Below, piece by piece: positions 1 through 6,588 of a stretch of DNA of 40,245 bases. The DNA is from a virus. Numbering within the stretch: the first letter of the stretch is position 1; the number at the start of each line of letters is the position of its first letter. The notes under the pieces are model-generated. The model was given only the letters and a program-made list of their open reading frames with translations. It did not search any database and was not told the DNA's origin. The stretch lies in the IMG/VR virus record IMGVR_UViG_3300009156_000017. The stretch is one strand, 5' to 3'. The position numbers and the translations under genes are program-made.

Positions 1-123
1 CGGATTTTTTTAACCAAACGAATTATTTTATGACGGATAAAGAGAAACATTTTCAGCTATACGATGAGATCATAAAGCTTCCCGACGGCCTTCAGTTTCT
101 ACGGGACGTCGATGAGCTGATAA
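1..123. repeat. Left copy of the exact 123-bp terminal direct repeat
   Basis: cggatttttttaaccaaacgaattattttatgacgg...gatgagctgataa is identical base for base to 40123-40245. Confidence 0.95.
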
Positions 124-302
124 AACAAAATGTAAAGTTCCGCAAGGCGTTCAACGGTCTGCTTATGCTGGCCACCTTTCATCGGGACTACATCAAAGCA
201 TACAGCATCTGCTTTCCGGAATTGCGCGACCAGCTGCTGGGAATAGAGGCGACAATATATTACGCAGAGCAGGCATTGAAAAGAGCTGAATTCAAGGTAT
301 GA
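30..302 (+). CDS. Hypothetical protein (90 aa)
   Basis: ATG ORF and first gene downstream of the G-rich non-coding region. Its end overlaps the start of the next ORF. No recognisable motif. Confidence 0.6.
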   Translation: MTDKEKHFQLYDEIIKLPDGLQFLRDVDELIKQNVKFRKAFNGLLMLATFHRDYIKAYSICFPELRDQLLGIEATIYYAEQALKRAEFKV

Positions 303-784
303 CACACCACTTCGAAATACCTGAGCGGATGAAACATTTGCCCCTGGACGATCGGGGCTATCCCATCCCGTACTTTGTGCCGATCGTAAACGGGCTGCCG
401 GACTTCCGCTTCCAGGACGCCAGGAAGAAAGAGGCCTGCCGCAAGTTTATGAAATGCTCGGTATGCGGGGGGCGGCTATTGGACAAAGACTTTTGGTTTA
501 TCCAGGGGCCAAACGGTTTGCAAAACTCCATCGGTAGCGACGAGGCGATGCACGAGGAGTGTGCAAAATTTTCCATAGCGCATTGCCCTCACCTCCTATA
601 CGAAAAATCCGATCGGAGGACCAGCGATGTACCGGGGCTAACCACTATGCTACGGAAAAAGCCTGAAAAAATATTCCTAATACAGGCCGACAAGGTTTAC
701 TTTATTGACGCCGTACACACCCGTTTTCGGGCCGTGGCGGTCTTCCCCTACAAATACGAGGCCAACAAACTTATTCCAGCTTAG
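299..784 (+). CDS. Hypothetical Cys/His-cluster (putative zinc-binding) protein, 161 aa
   Basis: ATGA overlap with the upstream ORF. Motifs CSVCGG, HEEC and HCPH are spaced like a zinc-binding site. Confidence 0.6.
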   Translation: MTHHFEIPERMKHLPLDDRGYPIPYFVPIVNGLPDFRFQDARKKEACRKFMKCSVCGGRLLDKDFWFIQGPNGLQNSIGSDEAMHEECAKFSIAHCPHLLYEKSDRRTSDVPGLTTMLRKKPEKIFLIQADKVYFIDAVHTRFRAVAVFPYKYEANKLIPA

Positions 785-788
785 GGGT

Positions 789-836
789 GTTTCCGTGGAA
801 ACATTTGGAATTTCGCCCACTGTTTTTTTAACTTGG
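789..836 (+). promoter_or_regulatory. Palindromic operator-like site plus candidate Bacteroidota-type promoter
   Basis: Palindrome GTTTCC-GT-GGAAAC at 789-802. TTTG at 804-807 and TAACTTGG at 829-836 lie 21 nt apart, one mismatch to TAnnTTTG. The site sits about 30 nt upstream of the ATG at 868. Confidence 0.35.
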
Positions 837-867
837 TACTAAATAATCGTTAAGTAAATATTAACCT

Positions 868-1398
868 ATGAACCAAAAAACGAAAAAAAAGAAAAACAGC
901 CCGCAGAAGTTGGTAGTAACTACAGGGCTAATGAACATCCCTCCGATACCCAAGGGCGAGATCTTTGCCTTTGATGAGGACATCGTTCCTATATCAGGGA
1001 TGTTCGGGCGTGGCGTGGAAGCAAAGTGGCCCAAGGAATATGCCCTCATCCAAAACATGAAGGTGAACCAAAGCGCGGTCTTCCACAGCGACAAAGTTAA
1101 AATGGTTGTCGGCATTAGGACTCGCCTTTCAAAAGTTCTGCCACGGCAAAAGTACGTGGTAAAGAAAATCGATTCCGCCTATCACCGGATTTGGCGCGTC
1201 GAGGACGGAGCCGTTATTTCCACCGGCGGCGGTTGGGGCGGCAAGCGAACGAGCAAAAAGAAACGATCCCCGGAATCGATAGCCAAGGCAATCGCGACCA
1301 GGCGAGCTCGGGGTTGGGGAAATAAATCCAGGGGCCCGAAGTTGACCCATAAGGATGGGACTCCAATCGTTCCCGAGTTAAATAATGTTACAACCTAA
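868..1398 (+). CDS. Hypothetical basic protein (176 aa)
   Basis: ATG ORF with Lys-rich N-terminus and Arg/Lys/Gly-rich C-terminus (GGGWGGKRTSKKKR, RRARGWGNKSRG). Follows the candidate promoter. Confidence 0.6.
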   Translation: MNQKTKKKKNSPQKLVVTTGLMNIPPIPKGEIFAFDEDIVPISGMFGRGVEAKWPKEYALIQNMKVNQSAVFHSDKVKMVVGIRTRLSKVLPRQKYVVKKIDSAYHRIWRVEDGAVISTGGGWGGKRTSKKKRSPESIAKAIATRRARGWGNKSRGPKLTHKDGTPIVPELNNVTT

Positions 1399-1409
1399 AT
1401 TTCAAACCT

Positions 1410-2291
1410 ATGGGAAAAAACAACGATCAAATCGTCGGCAATGTTTATGAGACCTACGATTACGAAAAATTTAAAATCATGCCCGAGAATCGTGGGCGCA
1501 AGGAAACCAAGGGCCTCAACGAACGAAAGCTTACAACGCTGCAGCACATGATCGACAACGGTACATGGATCGAGGATATGGAAAACGTCCGGGTTAACTC
1601 CGTTTTTGAAATAGTCGCCGGGACGCATACCTTCGAAGTCCTTAAACGCAACGGCAAGCCTATACGGTACCAGGTTACTACCGATCCCCATTTCAACGAG
1701 GTTACCAAGCGCGACCTTATCGGGGCGATGTACAACGTAAATACCGTTACCACCTCCTGGACCTCCTCAGAACTATTCAATGCGGCCATACAATGCAAGG
1801 CGCCGCTCGCCGTCCTCATGCAGGAAATAATCGAGGACCACGACAACTTTTTTCAATGGACCGATCTAATGGGTCTGCTCCAAAGGGACAGCAGCTATTT
1901 TATCGGGCGCTGGCGGAAAACGAACATGGGAACCTTCGAGGACAAGGCGCTGCTGGAACAGGCACGCGAGCCCGCCTTTGAGGCCGAGGTGAAATCGTTC
2001 GCCAAGCTAAACTTGAAGGTAAGGATCTCCGCCCGGCGGGGACTGATTATAAAGGCGGCCTACGATATTCTTTGGCACGCCAGGGAACATGTTAACCCAT
2101 CGCTATTCCGAAAGTCGCTCGCTATGATGCCCGAGCAGCTGGTTACCTCATCCAGGGCCAACGACAACGACGGATGCCGCAGGATGCTGATTCAGCACTA
2201 CAACAAATCGCAAGGCCAGGAAGTGGAAACGGCCTCCGTAATTTTTGCTTTGAAGAAGAAGGGAGTTGAAGAACCCGTTTTGGAACTGTAG
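1410..2291 (+). CDS. ParB N-terminal-domain-like protein (tentative), 293 aa
   Basis: N-terminal segment FEIVAGTHTFEVLKRNGKPIRY resembles the ParB/DGQHR-type nuclease-like fold region. Judged by eye only. Confidence 0.55.
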   Translation: MGKNNDQIVGNVYETYDYEKFKIMPENRGRKETKGLNERKLTTLQHMIDNGTWIEDMENVRVNSVFEIVAGTHTFEVLKRNGKPIRYQVTTDPHFNEVTKRDLIGAMYNVNTVTTSWTSSELFNAAIQCKAPLAVLMQEIIEDHDNFFQWTDLMGLLQRDSSYFIGRWRKTNMGTFEDKALLEQAREPAFEAEVKSFAKLNLKVRISARRGLIIKAAYDILWHAREHVNPSLFRKSLAMMPEQLVTSSRANDNDGCRRMLIQHYNKSQGQEVETASVIFALKKKGVEEPVLEL

Positions 2292-2301
2292 GTTATGAGC
2301 C

Positions 2302-2571
2302 ATGCAAGAAAAAAATTCCTTGGACTCCTGGACCTTTTGGCAAAAGCAGCCACATGGGGCAGCTCACCCGGAGCCGTCGATATTGATAGAGGCTTTCCAT
2401 GATGTTATTTCTATACGAGCGGAAGGCAAGCACGTAACATTGAATTACGAAAGCGTCGACGAATTTTGTAAACTGCTCAAGTTTATAAAGCGCAACGTCG
2501 ACTGGAAAGGTAAAACCCGGAAGGGGAAGAAAACGATCTACAAGGATGATGGGAAAGATAACGCAGTATGA
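2302..2571 (+). CDS. Hypothetical protein (89 aa)
   Basis: ATG ORF on the same strand as its neighbours. The antisense 200-aa ORF has junk-like composition. Confidence 0.5.
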   Translation: MQEKNSLDSWTFWQKQPHGAAHPEPSILIEAFHDVISIRAEGKHVTLNYESVDEFCKLLKFIKRNVDWKGKTRKGKKTIYKDDGKDNAV

Positions 2572-2869
2572 ATCTAACAGCCCCTGCCCGTATTGTGGAT
2601 GTATCATGGGAAGCGTCGGATGCCTTGGCCCAGGGCCGGAGCAGGCCCCTGGCCAGGAGGGCGTTACCATTTGCCTTGAGTGCTTAAATATGTTAAGCTT
2701 TACCCCCGAGGGGAAGCTGGAAAAAATGTCGGTTGAAACGTATAGTCGTATCGTTAACGACCAGGAAGTTATGTTCAGGATTGATGCGGCGCGAGTGCTG
2801 GCCCGGCTATACAAGGAATGGGTCCGCGCAGGACGCCCTGGCCATGATCCGACAAAAAAAAATTTGTAG
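2546..2869 (+). CDS. Hypothetical zinc-ribbon protein (107 aa)
   Basis: CPYCGC and CLEC pairs form a CxxC...CxxC arrangement. Overlaps the upstream ORF end. Confidence 0.5.
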   Translation: MMGKITQYESNSPCPYCGCIMGSVGCLGPGPEQAPGQEGVTICLECLNMLSFTPEGKLEKMSVETYSRIVNDQEVMFRIDAARVLARLYKEWVRAGRPGHDPTKKNL

Positions 2870-2890
2870 AGCCCATCTATAGATCCCGCT

Positions 2891-2927
2891 GGCATACCGG
2901 GGCCTAATCGTATGCCACCAATTTTTT
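2891..2927 (+). terminator. Hairpin plus T-run (intrinsic terminator-like)
   Basis: GGCATAC (2891-2897) pairs with GTATGCC (2910-2916) around a 12-nt loop. It is followed by accaaTTTTTT ending at 2927. Confidence 0.4.
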
Positions 2928-3086
2928 ATGAAACCGATCCCTTTTATCCTGATCATTCTTCTCTTCGCCGCCCAGGTGGTATTGATGTTGGTTGAACCCT
3001 ACGATGTACACGCTATGGTACACGTTATCCTTTCGGCCCTGATGATTATGATTATATCCACCCGAACAAATTATGGAACGCGATAA
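2928..3086 (+). CDS. Small membrane protein (52 aa), below the ORF-track cutoff
   Basis: Hand translation gives MKPIPFILIILLFAAQVVLMLVEPYDVHAMVHVILSALMIMIISTRTNYGTR with two hydrophobic segments. Its stop overlaps the ATG at 3073. Confidence 0.45.
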   Translation: MKPIPFILIILLFAAQVVLMLVEPYDVHAMVHVILSALMIMIISTRTNYGTR

Positions 3087-3351
3087 ACTTTACAGGCGCC
3101 ACGGCAGGCTGGCATTTTCCTTTACCATTTTAACGCTACTCATGAGTTTGACCCTGGCCGTTCTCTTCTTTGTAGCCCCGGAGAACCGGAAAGTATCGGC
3201 TTTGATTTACGGCGCGTGGGCTACCTTAGGGATAGTGGTCCTGAGCGTTGAAACTTACCTGTTCAACAAGATAAGGAAGTTGTATGAGCAGGACCGGGAG
3301 GAGCTACGGAGGAACATTGAAATGTTAAAGCGAGGTCCACAACAACCCTAA
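3073..3351 (+). CDS. Membrane protein (92 aa, two predicted TM segments)
   Basis: Hydrophobic stretches FSFTILTLLMSLTLAVLFFV and ALIYGAWATLGIVVLSV, followed by a charged C-terminal tail. Confidence 0.6.
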   Translation: MERDKLYRRHGRLAFSFTILTLLMSLTLAVLFFVAPENRKVSALIYGAWATLGIVVLSVETYLFNKIRKLYEQDREELRRNIEMLKRGPQQP

Positions 3352-3355
3352 GCCT

Positions 3356-3559
3356 ATGGGACACCAGGACATTTATGTTATAACCTACGGGCCCACGCGC
3401 TGGGGTTGGAAGTTTCAAACGGGGGTGGTACAAAAAACCTACCCTACCAAGGACGACGCTATATTTGAGGCCCGGCAATTAGCCCGGCGGTACGGGGCGG
3501 ATCTATACGTACAGCGCCCCGACGGCAGCTTCGCAAAGTTGCGGGAACCGTCGGAGTAA
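3356..3559 (+). CDS. DUF2188-like small protein (67 aa, tentative)
   Basis: Pattern W-G-W-K ... TKDDAIFEARQLARRYGADLYVQRPDGSF matches my recollection of DUF2188. Confidence 0.5.
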   Translation: MGHQDIYVITYGPTRWGWKFQTGVVQKTYPTKDDAIFEARQLARRYGADLYVQRPDGSFAKLREPSE

Positions 3560-3590
3560 ATATTACATAAGATTATCGTAAAAAATAAAG

Positions 3591-3640
3591 TTGGTTTCTG
3601 TTACGGATATCAAACTAAGTGCTACCTTTGGGTATACCAA
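3591..3640 (+). promoter_or_regulatory. Conserved promoter element, copy 1
   Basis: TTGGTTTCTGTTACGGATATCAAA, an 8-nt spacer, then TACCTTTG (3623-3630, an exact TAnnTTTG). The ATG at 3649 is 19 nt downstream. Confidence 0.6.
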
Positions 3641-3648
3641 ATACGAAT

Positions 3649-3846
3649 ATGAAAAACAAGAACGAAGAATCCCCCGCAACAATTTTAGCCGTAAAAAAGA
3701 AGGATATCCTGGCGCGTTTACAGGCCCTCAGCGCGACGATCGCTACCTATGGCGACGGGGAGAAGGTACATTACGGCCACGTAGGTAGCCTGGCCCACGT
3801 ACAGGACGAACTTCGCAATCTTGCGGAGATGTTCAACGTAAAATAA
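3649..3846 (+). CDS. Hypothetical small protein (65 aa)
   Basis: The internal ATG of ORF 3619..3846 was chosen because it follows the conserved promoter and has the aaATGaaaaac start context. Confidence 0.6.
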   Translation: MKNKNEESPATILAVKKKDILARLQALSATIATYGDGEKVHYGHVGSLAHVQDELRNLAEMFNVK

Positions 3847-3850
3847 ATAC

Positions 3851-3900
3851 TTGGTTTTTGTTACGTATATCAAATTAAAACGTACCTTAGACCTATAATT
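3851..3900 (+). promoter_or_regulatory. Conserved promoter element, copy 2
   Basis: TTGGTTTTTGTTACGTATATCAAA, an 8-nt spacer, then TACCTTAG (3883-3890). The ATG at 3910 is 20 nt downstream. Confidence 0.55.
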
Positions 3901-3909
3901 AAAACGCAA

Positions 3910-4152
3910 ATGAAAACGAAAAACTTGATCAAGGCCCTTACGAAAGCCGGTGTAGAATTTGAGAAGCTAGATTTCAACAACTCCCTGGGGGTATACAATA
4001 CCTCTACCGTTTGGGATTGGTTTGGGATCCAAGGCGAGGAGGTCGTATTTATTGAAACCTTCAACAAAAAAACCGGCGCCTCAAAGAAGGGTCCCGCTCA
4101 GGAGGCGAAGGTAATCGCCTCTATAGAAGAAAGAACTAACGTAAAATTTTAA
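3910..4152 (+). CDS. Hypothetical small protein (80 aa)
   Basis: ATG ORF directly behind promoter copy 2. Confidence 0.6.
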   Translation: MKTKNLIKALTKAGVEFEKLDFNNSLGVYNTSTVWDWFGIQGEEVVFIETFNKKTGASKKGPAQEAKVIASIEERTNVKF

Positions 4153-4164
4153 TCTAAAACGAAA

Positions 4165-4557
4165 ATGAAAAACGCAAACGTAGCCGTATCCCCCAAGAAG
4201 TATGATTTGAAGGAGGCCTTGGAATTCCAAATTGAGCAGCGCGATAAATTGATCGCCGACGCCCAGGCGGAATTGGCAAAGGACTTCGCCTACGCCCTGA
4301 AATATTACGGTAGGGATTTGATCAAATACCAAATGGCCCGCGCCCGGTACAACGATATCTATACACGCAAAACGGAAAAGGAAATGAAGGGCGCCATTGA
4401 ATACTACCTATCGGAAGCCAACCGCCAAACCGAAACGATGGCCCTCAATAATTCGACCTGTATTTTTGCCAACGCAACCAACCAGGCGGAATTTGAATTC
4501 TTCCGTAGCTACAAGGTCGAGCTCGCCCGCCTTTTAGAAAACTTCTACAGGCTATAA
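4165..4557 (+). CDS. Hypothetical protein (130 aa)
   Basis: ATG ORF with the aaaacgaaaATGaaaaac start context. Helical, charged composition. Confidence 0.6.
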   Translation: MKNANVAVSPKKYDLKEALEFQIEQRDKLIADAQAELAKDFAYALKYYGRDLIKYQMARARYNDIYTRKTEKEMKGAIEYYLSEANRQTETMALNNSTCIFANATNQAEFEFFRSYKVELARLLENFYRL

Positions 4558-4594
4558 CAACCCGACGGCTGGGGTGTTGGTATAGGTAGCCGGT

Positions 4595-4786
4595 ATGAAT
4601 AGCAAAAAAATTATAATAGCCTCCGGGGTTTGCCTGGGCCTGGAAATAGCAAGCATTACCTTGCTATTTTTGGGGCTTGTAGTTCCTACGCTACGGGCGG
4701 CAACGGGCGTTCTATTCGCAATCTTCGCAACTTCCGTTGCGGTTGGCATAGCCTTCCTTTTGGCTACCCTGCCCGAAAAAAAATAG
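4595..4786 (+). CDS. Small membrane protein (63 aa, two TM segments)
   Basis: IIIASGVCLGLEIASITLLFLGLVV and GVLFAIFATSVAVGIAFLLATL. Confidence 0.55.
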   Translation: MNSKKIIIASGVCLGLEIASITLLFLGLVVPTLRAATGVLFAIFATSVAVGIAFLLATLPEKK

Positions 4787-4800
4787 TTTGAAAATATTTC

Positions 4801-4850
4801 TTGGTTTATGTTACGGATATCAAAAAAAGGTTTACCTTTGGTCTACAATA
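4801..4850 (+). promoter_or_regulatory. Conserved promoter element, copy 3
   Basis: TTGGTTTATGTTACGGATATCAAA, an 8-nt spacer, then TACCTTTG (4833-4840). The ATG at 4866 is 26 nt downstream. Confidence 0.6.
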
Positions 4851-4865
4851 AAACGAAAACGAAAA

Positions 4866-5243
4866 ATGAAAACGAAAACGAAAACCGCCCCCGTAAGCGC
4901 CTTGAAAACTATTGAAGAAGTATATTTTAACGGTAGCCAATCCGTAGAGTTTAAAGGGATCTACAACATCGACGGCCTGAAATTGAAGGTAGAAATCGAC
5001 CGCGATTCTTACGACTCCCAAAGCCACGCCTACATTTCGGTTTGGCAAGCAGCCAACCTACAATGGAGCCAGGTAGCCAGCCTCCACCATAGCGAGATGG
5101 CCGTATGCGCAAGGCACCCCCAGCGCGATTTCGAATTGGTATTTTACCAAATGAAGGTCCGCGATATGGGTCTGGTAGAGCGCAACGCCTTCCAAGCCGA
5201 CAAGGACGCCCTGATCAAATTGGCAAAACAAATCCTTTTCTAA
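4866..5243 (+). CDS. Hypothetical protein (125 aa)
   Basis: The internal ATG of ORF 4788..5243 was chosen because the upstream part of that ORF is the promoter element itself. Confidence 0.6.
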   Translation: MKTKTKTAPVSALKTIEEVYFNGSQSVEFKGIYNIDGLKLKVEIDRDSYDSQSHAYISVWQAANLQWSQVASLHHSEMAVCARHPQRDFELVFYQMKVRDMGLVERNAFQADKDALIKLAKQILF

Positions 5244-5244
5244 T

Positions 5245-5508
5245 ATGGAAAAGCTATCGAAGGCCGAACTAAACTTCCTGATCAACGCGCACGACCAATT
5301 TGATCCCCGCCATATCTTCGGGGAAATGATGCGCGACCGCTGGGGTATAAACTATCCCGGTACGGAGATCTCCGAATACATCACCGGGCCTTCGCGCTCG
5401 ATGAGCAAGGCCGATTTCAAAAAGGCGTATCGGGAAATGCGCCGCTACCTTAGCGATGATAACGACTGCGATCCCGCTGGCGGCTACGGACTACATTCAC
5501 ACGAATAA
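5245..5508 (+). CDS. Hypothetical protein (87 aa)
   Basis: ATG ORF tightly packed after the previous stop. Confidence 0.55.
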   Translation: MEKLSKAELNFLINAHDQFDPRHIFGEMMRDRWGINYPGTEISEYITGPSRSMSKADFKKAYREMRRYLSDDNDCDPAGGYGLHSHE

Positions 5509-5519
5509 ACCAAACGAAA

Positions 5520-5759
5520 ATGGAAAACAAAAAACAAAAACCAACGCTGGACCGGGTCCGTATTACGCACCCCCACGATTTCTACAAGGGCCGGGTTGGC
5601 TACATCGTAGAGCGGATCGATCAGCATAGCCTTTGCACCTACGTAATCGCCTTCAAGGGCGGCCCACAACGGAGGGCCTACCAACGCGACGACTTTAGGT
5701 TTCTGAAAACCCTCTACAAATGGAATCGCCCTGTAAAAACTAAAACGGAACATTTATGA
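5520..5759 (+). CDS. Hypothetical protein (79 aa)
   Basis: ATG ORF with the aaacgaaaATGgaaaac start context. Confidence 0.55.
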   Translation: MENKKQKPTLDRVRITHPHDFYKGRVGYIVERIDQHSLCTYVIAFKGGPQRRAYQRDDFRFLKTLYKWNRPVKTKTEHL

Positions 5760-5893
5760 GCAAGAAGAAAAAGAAAAGCCAATGGGGCGGGCCGCGAGAA
5801 AACTCCGGTCGCCCCCCGGGGGAGCCGACGATTATTATTCGCGTGCCGGTTTCCAAATTGGAGGAGATCAAAAAGCTAATCGGGAAGGACTAA
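5756..5893 (+). CDS. Small basic protein (45 aa), possibly ribbon-helix-helix-like; below the ORF-track cutoff
   Basis: ATGA overlap with the upstream stop. Hand translation gives MSKKKKKSQWGGPRENSGRPPGEPTIIIRVPVSKLEEIKKLIGKD. The GGxRxxSGRP motif followed by a beta-strand then helix pattern is common in small phage DNA binders. Confidence 0.4.
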   Translation: MSKKKKKSQWGGPRENSGRPPGEPTIIIRVPVSKLEEIKKLIGKD

Positions 5894-6264
5894 AGGTTCA
5901 ATAGGACCTGGCCGGTCGCTAGGAATAAAATAACCCCGGCGGCGATCCGCCAGCCCGTAACCTTTTTTTTTAGCTTTTTGTTTTCGCCTACCAAGGCCGG
6001 GCAATCGACCTGCTGTACGATATTTATATACAAATGCAAGCTATCAGGGGCCCTTTCGAGGGCCTTTTTTATGGTTAGAATTTCGCGTTCTATTAGGGCC
6101 AGTTTCAACGAATCGGTCTGGGGGGCCAATATACCGGCCCTGGGGCCTGCGTCGATCCTGGGGGCTGTGGCGCTGGTTTTCGGCCTATTGGCCCGGCTGG
6201 CTTGGCAGGCGCCTAATAGGAACAGGAAAGCGGCCATAAAAAAAATGCCCAGGATCTTTTGCAT
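5890..6264 (-). CDS. Unimolecular-spanin-like lipoprotein (124 aa)
   Basis: The ATG at 6264 is preferred over the TTG at 6300. Signal peptide MQKILGIFFMAAFLFLLGAC carries an LGAC lipobox. A C-terminal TM segment WRIAAGVILFLATGQVLLNL is present. It is the last gene of the late operon, next to the holin-like gene. Confidence 0.5.
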   Translation of the reverse strand: MQKILGIFFMAAFLFLLGACQASRANRPKTSATAPRIDAGPRAGILAPQTDSLKLALIEREILTIKKALERAPDSLHLYINIVQQVDCPALVGENKKLKKKVTGWRIAAGVILFLATGQVLLNL

Positions 6265-6373
6265 TTGAACTTTTGATTGTTGATTGCGTTTTGCTTCCAA
6301 GCTTTATTTAGCCATAAAGCGGGGGTTGAAAGGGTCGCCTTTTCTTTTCGTTTGGGCGGCCCTTCACTATTTT

Positions 6374-6586
6374 CTACCGGCGGTCCCAATGCCAGCGCGG
6401 AAGGTAGCCAGGCTCCCCTCCGAATACCAGCAGCAGAATAAGTACCAGGAAAATTCCCATCATCGCCGCCTTGGCAATGTTACGCAAGCGAAGATCCGCT
6501 TCCAGGAATATCATCGCCGAGACCACGCAATAATAAATCAGCGAGAAGACGATGATGTAGATGAGCAATGAAATGAGTAGGTCCAT
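6374..6586 (-). CDS. Holin-like small membrane protein (70 aa)
   Basis: Two hydrophobic segments and a charged C-terminus RWHWDRR. Positioned in the lysis cassette. Confidence 0.5.
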   Translation of the reverse strand: MDLLISLLIYIIVFSLIYYCVVSAMIFLEADLRLRNIAKAAMMGIFLVLILLLVFGGEPGYLPRWHWDRR

Positions 6587-6588
6587 CT

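Noticed and set aside
2293-2895. 200-aa minus-strand ORF
   Set aside because: It has Ser/Pro/Arg-rich junk-like composition and opposes the surrounding plus-strand operon. The two plus-strand ORFs (2302-2571 and 2546-2869) have normal composition and a zinc-ribbon motif.
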